The position numbers and the translations under genes are program-made. Below, piece by piece: positions 12,710 through 24,394 of a stretch of DNA of 64,000 bases. The DNA comes from Pseudovirgaria hyperparasitica (Eukaryota), in assembly GCA_010093815.1 (NCBI GenBank), contig ML996573.1, one strand, 5' to 3'. Under the pieces are notes generated by a model. It was not told the origin of the DNA. It did no database searches and saw only the letters and a program-made list of their open reading frames with translations. Each line of letters starts with the position of its first letter. Position 1 is the stretch's first letter.

Positions 12710-13468
12710 AATAGAAATGAAAGAGATTACCATTGGTCGGCAATACGCAGAAATGTGTAGACTCAATAACGTGAAGATCATTCTACCGCTCAGGTCGCAC
12801 GGAAATCAGGTCCTGACGTGAGGTATGAGTGGTTAGTATGTGCATTGTATGCCTAGGTAGGAGTCGATGACTAGACTGTGATGGTTTGGTCTGTTGGCTA
12901 CTGAAAAAAATGGCATACAAGGTTGTGTGCATGAAGCAGCCACGCTCGGATTATTGAGTGTATTGATGGATACAGAGCAGGCTCATTATCGTGTTTCGGT
13001 CTACCAAACACCTGATATGTTCTGTACGAGGTCATGCGCAACGCGTTTAAACCCCGATGGTAAATCGTGTTTATGGATGTAGCCGTGTAGGATACTCTGT
13101 TCTGCTCTACTAGAAACCATCCATATTACGTAGGGATCCACACGTAAGTCAGTTCCTCCTGAACCACAAGATACGTTTATGACTATTAGTTGGGTTGATC
13201 TCTGGATTAAGGCAATTTGATACCTTGTTTTTGGTATAGGATGCCTCGTGTAAAGCTGTTCTACCCCGACTGCTACGTGATCTCGTCATCATGTTCAGGG
13301 ACGAGAGACTACCAGACTAGATTTTCGAAACGGTTTTTCAGATATCGGGTTTGGGATCAGGGAGATCTTTTCATATTCTGCGGTGATAAATATCGTATAG
13401 AGCTGAAGTTCTTTCGATCTTGTTATCCTTCTTAGTATATAATCCATGTCGCACCTTGCCCCTAAATG

Positions 13469-13777
13469 CTAAAACCAACCCTCAACGACCCACTTAACAG
13501 CAATCCCGGTCCCTGCCGCAATCATCCCATACAGAAACCATTCCTGGAACCACGCCGGCTGCGTCAGAAGAAAATCATACACAACGCCGAATGCAAAGAG
13601 AACGAGACCGATTTTAGCGATGTCACGCGGACACAAGGACGCCGTTCTGGCGACCGCGTGGAGGAGGATATGCGATTCTGGGCGTTTGCTGAGAGCTTGG
13701 ACGAAATTTCGTGAGCTGAGTTTACGAACCTGAACCGAGAGGACGGTTGTGAGTTGTATGAAGGCGCAGAGAACCAT
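13469..13777 (-). CDS. Possible small membrane protein (hypothetical); start uncertain
   Basis: 3' part of the 184-aa ORF has two hydrophobic segments (IGLVLFAFGVVYDFLL, WFLYGMIAAGTGIAVKWVV); no family recognised. Confidence 0.35.
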   Translation of the reverse strand: MVLCAFIQLTTVLSVQVRKLSSRNFVQALSKRPESHILLHAVARTASLCPRDIAKIGLVLFAFGVVYDFLLTQPAWFQEWFLYGMIAAGTGIAVKWVVEGWF

Positions 13778-15068
13778 TGCCGGGAGTGAGACGAGTGAGG
13801 GCGTGGTATCTGGGGGCGGTGTCGCTAAAGTACGATGGAGCCGCCGGGTTTGTGGGAGTCGCGGTATGAGTCTAGGCTCAAGAGATATTTTAAACCCGCT
13901 GAAGGTGTGCTGTGGAATAAGAAGCTTTTGGGAGTTGAGAAGTCCTGATCGATGCATAGGAGCACATATCTTTATATAACTTTCCAGCGCATTGCAAATG
14001 CGCACTTCCATACCAAGGGTCATCAGCTTGAAATGCGAAAGCAGCCTTTGTCTTTGAATCGAAGAAAGTCATTTCCAATAAACAGCGTGCTGTTCATATC
14101 GGCATGTAAGAACGTTTGGAAAGGCTTTGTAGGATCAGGTATAACAAAGCAGAAATTAACCAATTGCCAACTCATAAAGCCTTCGGGAAAAGGATACGTC
14201 AAGAACGAAAGACATTGATGGCGCATGGGGGTCGAAGGAAATCCAAAGAAAAAGCAGACAATGCATCTCATATATCCTGAGTCCCTGGACAAGGAAAGCA
14301 TGCATGCTGACATGAGAGATTCGCGACGACTTACAAATTAGGCTGTCATAGAAGACGCATCTTCACTCCTATCTTTGCTTCAATCAGACCGAAATAATCT
14401 TCTTCTATTCGTCCTGTCTGCATTCATGTACGGCACGAGCATCATTCTTGCCTTCAAACAATAATACCACGGTCCTTCGAATAGTACCGAGCACTCCGAA
14501 ACGAAGTGATGTTGGCTTTTCAATTTGCCTGTCAGTTCGAGTCGTTCGTCCAGGCCGCAGAGACCATGTTGAAGTCTTGCTGGAAGGATTCTATACCGAC
14601 GCTCGCGCCAAGTCTATGTCAATTGCGGTTCTGATCTATGGTCAATTTGGCCTCAAGCATTTGCGGAAGTAATTAATCTAGAATGTTGGAATACCGCCGC
14701 ATGCGACAACAGGGACCACGAAAAAAAGGTATTTGCTTCCAATCATAAGTGCACAATCACGGGCATTGTCCAATACCTTGGTAAGACACAAGCCGATCAC
14801 CATACGACTTCAGTTAGCAGTGTATGGTTTGTGATGGATCCTGGGGATCCTGAGGGAACAAACTCTCGGTGAAAGTCCGCGGCCGTAGCCGGCCTGCCAA
14901 GACTTCAGCCGGCATCGCTCCGATGGTCATATACATAATACTTTCTCTTCATGGACATCAATCTTTATACATTCAGTGAAGGAGAGACCTCCGGGAATAA
15001 TCTAGAATCCAAGAAAGAGTTGTGAACGTACCGCCGTCAAAGCATTTGCAACTCAATACAACTACCCA

Positions 15069-16076
15069 ATGAGTCGCGTGCTTGGAAGAAGACCATTCAG
15101 GTTCACCTCCAAACCCATCAGATTCGCATCATCATCAAACAACAAACCCCATCTCAATCTCCAAAAGCCTGCAACCCTATCCTTCCGCACCATGAGCTCC
15201 ACTCTCGCAAGCCGCATCCCCCGCGAAACCTGGGACTCGCACATGCACATCGTCGACCCATACAACTACCCCCTATCCGCCACAGCCGCCTACAAACCGC
15301 ACGCACACCTCCTCCCAGACGCCCTCTCATTCGAGTCTTCGCTCAACATCCACAACATCGTCATCGTGCAGCCGTCAATCTACGGGACCGACAACAGCTG
15401 CACGCTCGACGCCCTGCGCGCCATCGGCCCCGCGCGCGGCCGCGCAGTCGTGCAACTCGACCCGGCCACCATCACGGCCGCGGAACTCGACGAGTGGCAC
15501 CGGATCGGCGTGCGCGGCGTGCGGTTGAACTTCAAGTCTGTTGGTGCGGCGATCGACGAGGGCGGGCTGCGTGACACGCTTGTGCGGAATGCCGATGTGG
15601 TGCGCGGGTATGGATGGGTTGTGCAGCTGTACATTGGTATGGAGAACATGCCCGTGCTGGAGCGCATCATAGCTTCGACAGAGGCGCTGCGTGGTATCAA
15701 GTTTTGCATTGATCACTTGGGGCATCCGACGTTGCCTGCCGGGAGTCTGGTGCAAGGGACCATGCCAGATCCGTACGCGTTGCCAGGTTTTGCAGCGCTT
15801 GTGAGGCTTTTGAAGGCCGGGCAGACGTGGACGAAGTGTAGCGCTGCATATCGCATCGAGAAGGATGCGGCGATGCCGTGGACGCAGGCCATGGCGAAGG
15901 AGGTGATGAAGCAGGCTCCGGAGCGCGTGGTGTTTGCTACCGATTGGCCGCATACGCGCTTTGACGGATATGATGTTGTGCCGTTCGTGGAGCGGTGTCT
16001 AGAGTGGTGTGCAGGAGATGAAAGGTTAGCCGAGAAGCTCTTCAGTGGAAATTGTAAAGTACTGTTTGATGTGTAA
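15069..16076 (+). CDS. Amidohydrolase_2 family TIM-barrel hydrolase (LigI / 2-pyrone-4,6-dicarboxylate lactonase-like)
   Basis: Intronless 335 aa; WDSHMH, VIVQPSIYGTDNSC..DAL, GVRGVRLN, IDHLGHP, K.SAAYR, VFATDWPH motifs. Confidence 0.92.
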   Translation: MSRVLGRRPFRFTSKPIRFASSSNNKPHLNLQKPATLSFRTMSSTLASRIPRETWDSHMHIVDPYNYPLSATAAYKPHAHLLPDALSFESSLNIHNIVIVQPSIYGTDNSCTLDALRAIGPARGRAVVQLDPATITAAELDEWHRIGVRGVRLNFKSVGAAIDEGGLRDTLVRNADVVRGYGWVVQLYIGMENMPVLERIIASTEALRGIKFCIDHLGHPTLPAGSLVQGTMPDPYALPGFAALVRLLKAGQTWTKCSAAYRIEKDAAMPWTQAMAKEVMKQAPERVVFATDWPHTRFDGYDVVPFVERCLEWCAGDERLAEKLFSGNCKVLFDV

Positions 16077-16431
16077 TCACAATTGTAGCACATCATAATG
16101 AAGTCCCGACCACCATCAATTCGTTGTGAAGTGGTCATGATGAGATGTATTGCAATGCCAATACTAGCACACTACGCAATCATGTGTGTTATGCGCGCTG
16201 AATCGCAAAGAAAGCGCGATGTACAAATCCCAATCCCAATAATCATTGTACTCCAAAGCGCCAAGTGTACCCCTGAACGTCCAGTTCATGCAAAGTACTG
16301 AAAAAGAAAACCACAGTAAAAAACGCGCGCCATGACAAAGTCGTTTCGAACCAAACATACAAACTCGCAGACTGTTCATCTATACTCTGCTTTGTGGATG
16401 TCAGCATGGAGCATAACAATCATGCTCCATC

Positions 16432-19400
16432 TCAGTGTTCACCAGTTGTATTAAAACTCCATGCTCCATCCCTCATCAATCTCCGTCTTGCCTCACGGTC
16501 GCGTTGCTTTTCCTCTTCAGTCAGACGATCACCACCGCTCCAATTAGCGCTGCTGGTTCTTTCGCGGAAACGCTTATGGCGGTCTTTGTTTTTGAAAATC
16601 TCCTCCATCTGCAATGGTGGGATAGGTCCGAAGATTGTCTCGGGGTCGATGAGTTGCTGTGCAATAAGTAATTCTCGGAGTGCCGGCGAATCTGCCCAAG
16701 AAGGTTGTTCGAAGCCATTTTCAGAATCTTCATCCTCGGAATCAGTGGGAATGTCAGGAAGACTGATGGCTTCGCTGTTGGGGTAAGCAGGAGACGACTT
16801 CGCAGATTTAGCGGTATTCTGGTAGTTGTGTGGACCGTTCTGGCGCACGGGTGTCTTGAATGCAGACTGTTGCCCATATTGCGAGTTAGAGGGCCCGGCA
16901 GGATTCGGGTTTTCTGCGAAGGGAATTTTCGCATTCGAAAACTTGGCGAGCTCGTGAGGGTGATTGGACTTTTGGTGCTGTGCCGAAGTTGCATGCTTCA
17001 AAAGGGCATGCGAGGCTGGTGTCTGAGCTGGCATGTATCCCTGAGGAAATTTGTTCTGTTGTTCCTTGCGCATGTTTGATTGTCGAATCGGTGGCTTCAT
17101 GACTGAACGACCCAATTCGGCAGTTTCTTCCTCCATGTCCCCAGTCTTTCGGCGCTTGCTCTCTGTCTGCTGGAACGATGGAGGAGCTCTCTGGATTTGT
17201 GGGCGTATGATGGGTTCGTCGTCATCTGGTTGAAATATCCGCTTTGGTGGCTTAGCCGGATTGATCGGAGGAATTGGTACAGTGTTCATGCGGGACACCG
17301 GCCTGGTGGTGCCAAGGTCGCCTCTTTGATGTGTGCCTCCGTGAGCTGCCTTCTCTTGCTGAAGTGCTGACGCGAGATTATTCACCTGGCGATTGGGTGG
17401 ACGATTAGCTTGTGGCCGGGTCCTAGCCTCCATGTTTTGCTTTTGGGTAGCTCTTTTGGCATCCAGAGCTCGCTGTTCGGCAGCTCTGCGCTGTTGCTCC
17501 GTTCTGCGCTCTTCTTCTTGTTTTAACTTCTTCTGTTCGACCTCGCGTTTCTGGTCGGCTCTACGCTGTGCAGCCTGGTCCTTCTTTTTCGCGGCAATGT
17601 CCATCGCCTTTTGTCGAGCGGAAGTAGCAGGTGGCGGTGGTTTGACACTATCATTGCCCGCCTTGGCTCCGGTTTGAGGCTGCTTAGACGTGGCTGGATT
17701 TTCCTGGAAAGAGGATGCTAGAGCGGCGTTGCTAGCCTGATGCTGAGGGAACTGACGATTCATGGCCACTTTGACAACGACCGGTTGTTTGGACTGAGCC
17801 TCCTTTGTAGGCTTGACCAGCCTGCGCGAATCTTTCTGTTTCTGAGGAAGTGCCGTGGGAAGCTGGCTCTTTGGAGGAGCCGAAAGCGCCGTGTCTGCGA
17901 CTTCTTTGATAGAGGCGTTATCTGGCATACTTTCCACATTTGGTTCGACGGCCTTTTGCTTGGTCTGTTGTGAATGCACCGCAATCTCATCGCGAACCTT
18001 AGCTCTTGCTTTCTCGAGGTTATCTTCGTGACGTTGGTTATCTTTAGCAGCCTTTTCTCTTTGTTTTTCTGTTGAGCTGCGAGTACGCCGGCCTTCATCA
18101 GCTTTTACAGGACTAACAGGCCTGGCTGGGCTCGGAGCACGCTCAGGCCTCTTGGGACTGAAAATTTGATCTAGCGAAGGCATGTGGGATATTTGTTTAT
18201 CGCGATGAGAAGGGGAAAGGGCTTCTAGCTTGGCCTGTGCACTGATACCCGCGCTAGCTATGATTCTGTCTTTTGCTGATTTTAGAACGGAGAAAAATTT
18301 GGCTTTAGAGGCGCTGAGAGGTCCATCTGCGTATTTTTTACCAATTGGTGATCCAGACGGAGTCGTGGTTTCGAGAACCGTAGACATGGCTGAATCAGAG
18401 TCGGACGCGACTTTCTTATGACCTTGTACAGCGGTGTTCAGTCTGATAAGCGACGGAATGGCTGATGCTGACGCGGACTTGCTGTGTCCCAACGTTGGTC
18501 TTAAAGGCGAACCAGTGGTCGTAGGCGATTGAGGTTGTTCAAAGCGCCCGATACTGGACCGGCCACTGATTTGTTGCATGACTTCCGCAGAATGACTCTT
18601 GAAAAGATCTGGCCGAGTTGGTGGGAGAGGGAAACTGGACCCGGAGATTGGCGCAATCCGATCTCCTTCATCCTCATCAGCTTCTAAGGCTGCGTTCGGT
18701 GAAAATGCTGTAGTGCCATCATTGGTCGGCTTATCAAGATCGAGACTTGGCAATTGGGGGTACTGTGGCTGTATTGATGCATTGGTGTTTGGTATGACCT
18801 TGGACGTCCTATCTTTGGCTTGACCGAGCATGTTTATGCGATCATGCAGACGTTGAGTGGAAGTCTTGTTGTGTAACTTGGTAGCCTCTGCAGCTTGTGA
18901 CTCCTGAGATGTAGGTTGCGTCTCTTCCCAGTCCATGGCGTCTTCTTGAGTAGAGAATTGTGAAGTTGCTGTGGTGGCAGTAGACTGAGATTGCGACCCT
19001 CCGAGGCTTTTCCCTCCAGTGAAACGGGTGTAATGACTTTGTCGTTGAGGGCCACTAGTGCGTGCACCAACACTCTTCTTGGCAAGTGGTTCGCGGGCGG
19101 GAAGCGACGCGAATGTGAGACTGCTTTTGCGAACAATTTGCTTTACAGGACTGGACCCATCAGAAGGTGACCGGACTCCCTCGGGCTCAACTTTACTCTG
19201 AGCGACCTGGGTCTCGTCCGTGTGATGAATTACCGAGTTTAGTGCAGATGCTGTGGTATGAGAGACATTAAACTGGTCTGAGCCGGATCGTCCATCTTCA
19301 TTCGGCTGCTGCAGTGCGGTTATACTCTCCACAAGGTCCATGACATCATCGTCATTCACGGCCGTAATAACATCGACCTGTTTGCCTTGTGCTTCGATAG

Positions 19401-20141
19401 AGGCGCTTTTACGCTCCTTGGCAGAAACAAAAGATGCATCTGTTGAGGCTCCACTTTCGGTGGCAACAGCTTGGACCGGTGAAAGTAGTGGTGACTTCTG
19501 GATTATCACTTTCTTCGCAGGGGAGAGGCGTACGGCGGTAGGCATAACATCGATGTCCATTTCGTCGGTGGTCTTGGCCAGCTTATATGACGAGCCATCG
19601 TTTTCTTGGCCAAGACGTGCCAGTATTTTGGAGCTCGGTGTAGCTTTAGGCGTGGCAGCATTGGCGGGATCAACGTCTCCTGCGACTTGAAATTTGGCTA
19701 TTTTGCTATAGAAGTGGGATGATTTTGAAGGACTTGGAGTGGACTGAGGGTTTGGTGCAAAAACGTCTGCCAGTGGCTATACAAGTCAGTACGTTTTTGT
19801 GTCTATACTGTCATTTCATCGACTTACTGCACGCGTCTCAGCATTAAGTTTCCTCACCGTACGTGGCGTCTTTCCCCGTAGTCTCCCAGGGGTTTTGAGC
19901 ATCTCTGCAAAGTTTCTATGACGTTGTCAGCTCTACATGGTTAATGAGACGCGTGTTGCACCTACGTATGGTCTCTAGAGAACACGTCCGACATGTGTTC
20001 GTTCAGCCATTCAATCTCATTGCGAACCGAGAAACTGAATTCTTCGACTTCTTGCTCCAGAAACTCCTCCGCTTGTCGTGTCTCGCTGATGAGCCATTGG
20101 GCAGACCCAACTTGAGGTGCTTTTGTCCTCGACGCGGCCAT
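16432..20141 (-). CDS. INCENP: Inner centromere protein (INCENP/Sli15/Pic1), chromosomal passenger complex; 3 exons
   Basis: N-terminal EVEEFSFSVRNEIEWLNEHM and KTPGRLRGKTPRT, central coiled coil, C-terminal Aurora-binding IN-box (PSWADSP.L...L..QQLIDPETIFGPIPPLQMEEIF...RFRERTSSANW). Two 5' introns join in frame to the 1042-aa ORF. Confidence 0.93.
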
Positions 20142-21123
20142 TGCGACGAATTGTACGCAGGCGACAATGCAGGAGGGAATATGAGCGAAACGCGTACCAA
20201 CCAAGAAGGTACGTGGCTACCGACGCATGACTTTGATTGATAGAGTAGTTATGCAATGGTGGTGGTGTCGGTGTGAGTCGAATTGGTCGTGTTTACAGCT
20301 TTGTTTGGGTTGTTCGATGTGGTTGAAGACTAAACCAAGATCTGATGGTCCGTGCGCACTAGAGCCTCACGTGACTCTAGGACCCGCCACTGTTTGCCTA
20401 AGGCCAACTCGAGAGCACTGTTGTTAGCTTACAATAACTTCAACATTGTCCTATTGCAGAAGTGGCATCTCGGTACCTGGGTAACATACTTCAAAGAAAC
20501 TAATGATCTGTTCAGCACAACCCATATGTTACAATGACCGCATCAACTTCGAGGCTTCAGATACAGAGCCCTTACACTTGAAAAGCTTTGTCCTTTGTTT
20601 ACATACAGACCACCTTCTACATATCGAAGGCTCGTCTCAAGTTCGATACTGTTCTGTAGGTAAGACTCAAAAAAAACGCCTTGATGGGCGTTGAGCTGCT
20701 TCCTCTCATTGACTCGTTGCCCTTTGGTCATCTATATTCCTGTTGTCTGGGTCGTAAAGTTGTATAGAATTCAGGGACCGGAGCTTTATGGATAAGCATA
20801 CGAGTAAAAATTACGTAAGACATCCATGTCCATTTTGGAATTTTTAGAACACTGCATTAATACACAGAGACAGATACCGAATCATACAGGGGTAAAATAT
20901 GACTCATTTCGCCTAGGTATGTATGGGTGTTCGCTATGAAGAATGTTGATCTTAGGATAAATTTTGTTTAACTAGACGGATTGGTATATAACTTTGGGAG
21001 AAGTGATGAGGCCTTGTGTCGTCCAACGCTCTTCCGCTCAGCCCCCCTTGCAATGGGCCTCCCCCAGTTCTCGCACCCTTCCACTGTCCATCCATGTTCG
21101 ATTCGTTGGGTCACGCCCGATCC

Positions 21124-21339
21124 CTATTGTCCCCTTGGCATCCCCCAGTCCTCCTCCGACTCGATCCTAGCCGCCTCGTTCTCCACTGACAGGCCGACGT
21201 ACGAAGGAGCTTGAGGCGGATTCGTTAGGAAAGGAGGCACGACACCACCATTTGTAGCTGAGGTGGAGGTAGATTTGATGTGAGTTGGTGCGGCGAAAGC
21301 GACGCCAGTGAGGAGGAAGAGGACGGCGACGGGTAACAT
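21124..21339 (-). CDS. Small secreted protein (71 aa), possibly ending at a premature TAG with extension to 20968
   Basis: Signal peptide MLPVAVLFLLTGVAFA-AP; ATG in CAACAATG context; frame stays open for 51 codons after the TAG. Confidence 0.6.
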   Translation of the reverse strand: MLPVAVLFLLTGVAFAAPTHIKSTSTSATNGGVVPPFLTNPPQAPSYVGLSVENEAARIESEEDWGMPRGQ

Positions 21340-22099
21340 TGTTGAGAGATTTTTGAGTGTAGGATCTGAGCTTGAAGTGTTCTTCTGTGTTGATGCTTCG
21401 ATGTTGATGCGCTGAAGTGATGCGTATGTATGTTTTATCGAGTAAGAGGACTTTTTGTTATGTGATAGGATCAATGTTGTTGTAAAGAAGAAAACCATAA
21501 TGCGAAGCGGATTTTCGAGGAAAATAAAGGATGGCTGTGCGTAGATTTCGGACAGCAGCGGAAGGAATCGGTTGTTTTGGTTATTTGAGCGTCGCGTGGT
21601 TTGACACAGAGACGCGTGATTTGGGAGGCAGGAGTCACTGTATTATCGTTCTTGTGGGACCGATCTATCCTAGGTCAGTATGTATGTCCAAAAGGACTGT
21701 CCTAGATACATCACGAAAAGTACATTCGTTAGAGAGGTTGTTCCCTTCAATACGGTAATCACATAAAAATGCAGATGTACCAAAGGCAAGTAACAAGAGC
21801 AGAACAAATAGCAAAAGGGCAGGGTCAAATATACATTAGTTTATTTGTTGGATATTATAGTAATGTTTTGCATCAGACCGCATTAATATTGATTGCGTTA
21901 GTGAGCAGTCCATGGCTGACGCAGAGGTATCTTATATGACGCCGGACGCGCCGAACAATGCAATCGTGATGCAGCACAAAGCGCCACGAGTGAATGTCAA
22001 TCCACGAGAACCTTTAGAGTCCTCAGAAATCCAGTCCCAACTTTCCAATGGTAATCCTGGCAGCGGTGGAGTGTCCTGTTCGGAAAACGGTTGTGTCAT

Positions 22100-22379
22100 C
22101 TATGCAAAGTAGGCGGCGACACCCATGACAGCGACAGCAGCGGCGGTAGGGAATGGGAGAGAGTTGGCAGCACCAGTGAACGGAGGGGGAGTTGGAACAC
22201 CACCGTTGCCACCGGTGGGAGTAGCACCAGGTGGGCAAGGAGTGAGCGTGACGACAGGCTCAGAGCTGTGTTTTGTCAGTGATAGATAAGTCGTTCCATA
22301 AATAGTCGACGTACGATTGAGCGCTGACCGTAGCGACGGACGCAGCCAGAACGGTAGCGAAGATTGCGGAGAATTGCAT
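22100..22379 (-). CDS. 76-aa secreted, probably GPI-anchored cell-wall protein; 2 exons
   Basis: Intron 22266-22314 (GTACGT...CTGAC...CAG) gives MQFSAIFATVLAASVATVSAQSSEPVVTLTPCPPGATPTGGNGGVPTPPPFTGAANSLPFPTAAAVAVMGVAAYFA*: signal peptide, P/T/G core, FTGAA omega region, hydrophobic tail. Confidence 0.85.
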
Positions 22380-24394
22380 CTTGAGAGATATCGGAAGTTG
22401 ATGATGTATGAGGTAGCGAGAGTGAGTGCTATGCAAACGACAGTTGTATTGGAGAAATTGAACTGAGGACAACCGTGGAACAGAACAGGCAGGGTGGAAG
22501 AAGCATGATATAGTGAAGGTAGGGCTATTCGACCATTACGGCTAGCGGAACGGGCCAGTCAAGCTGGAGGTTGAGATGAGGATTGTTGGATGGAGTGTTG
22601 TTACTCTGTTGTCTCTTCGGTATGGGCCTCGTCCGAGTGGCTATGCCGCTTCGGGCTGGAGTCAATAGCCTCAGACTGCCTGGCCGCTCCTCACTACTCA
22701 CTAATACTGGTGTCATGCATGCAACACGATTCCTCTCCATGACTAGCACTACGACTAGCATGACCTATTATGGACAGTGGTTGGCGAGGCTTTCGTGCCA
22801 GACCCCGGATTGTAGTCCAGCCGACGGATATCTTGGTTGCGGTGATGCAAATTGCAAACCACGACACAACAATCTCTCTCAGGTGCCTGGCCTTGATGCT
22901 AGCAAGAGTCGGCGGTTCATCTCCCAGGCTTACCGGGTGCTCGATTCTGCGTTCTTTGTCATTGCTCGAGTGAAAGTGGTACAATATATGATCTCTCATC
23001 CGACATGGGAGCTGGGTAAGCGTGTCAAAAGAGTTTGTGACTTGAACATGACTGTTGACACATACACAGGCTGGCTATCATAGGCATGGCCATACCATGT
23101 TGTGATGAAGGAAGAAAGGAAGATTGTTTGCTGGACGGCCCGCGTAGCTTCGTCGGCCATGATTGGGGTGGTGTTGGTGTGTGCATGGTCATGGTACTGT
23201 AATGGTAAAACAGCCGGAAGATCAGATAGCCGTAGTGGGTGGCAGGAGTAGAGTGCCATTGGTGGGGAGGTCTGGGATATTTTCTTTTGGGCGAATGATG
23301 GCCACCTAGCTGCCAGGTGAGTTATGGTTATGATACCTATAGTGAAGGGCTAAAAGGCCAAAAGGCTAAAAGGTAGCCAGGCCAGGCACAGGGCAACCCC
23401 CACCCCCGTCATTCCCGCCGCCGGCGGCACATCTGGGCAGCTGGAGGGGCGTTTGAGCGTCTGGAGACTTATACATGGCACAGATCTTCCGGTACCTTTG
23501 CTTCCCGTGCCTGAGCCTGAACTTTGAGAACTTCACCTTCTGGGCAAGTTTGGCCACTCCAGTCTGAATCAAGTTCTAGTGGTGATGCAATGCAACGTGC
23601 CTGCATGTGATGTATGCTTGCTTTGAAGCTTTCTAGGCCGTGCTCGTCTACGCCTATGATGTATTATCGTGTATTATGCATGGATGGATGCGCTGTGCTA
23701 CCTCAAGGCTTCGAGGCGAATGACTCAAGCCTTCACTCTGTAATGTGCTCTCCTGCTACTTGTCTCCACCCTAGACGAGCAGCGCGTGGAATCTGTGATT
23801 TGGAAGCCTCAAACGTTCATGCTCATTTCCCATCCGCCACCACCCGTGGTAGTGGTAATCGTAGTGTTAGTAGTCGTTGTAGTAGCGTGCACACCATCAT
23901 CATATCTAATCTCCTCCCATCACTTCAAGGATGCCGCGCCGCCTGTTGCTGCGTAAAGGGGCAGATGTCGAACACTCGCAGGACAAGTCTTCACCACGCT
24001 TCATCAGCGCCCCTCCTCAATTTCCTCTCCTGCTCTTCCTAACGGTCCCCCAATAGAATTTCATCGGACGTATGATAGTATACTGTCATATCATCATATC
24101 ACTGCGCATCATTTTGGCGCGCTTTCCTGCTCTACCAAGAACACTCTGTATACTGTCTTGGCGTCAAACCTCAGTAATGACAAAGCAAGCGCTACATGGC
24201 CTGGGCTTCCATTTTCACTGTACGGCTTGAATGAGGTAGCCCACGGCATGGCAGTTCAAAATCAAATCTCTGGTGAACGTTGAAGCCCAATCCGCCGTCT
24301 ACTCCACTCGCACAAACCCTCCCTGTTCCTGTTGTGGGTGTCGAACGATTTGTTCATGTGAACATGCGTCAAACTACGCGACTACGACCTCCTG

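Noticed and set aside
22525..24300. ORFs of 70-166 aa upstream of the GPI micro-protein
   Set aside because: No motifs or consistent splice pattern; more likely promoter sequence.
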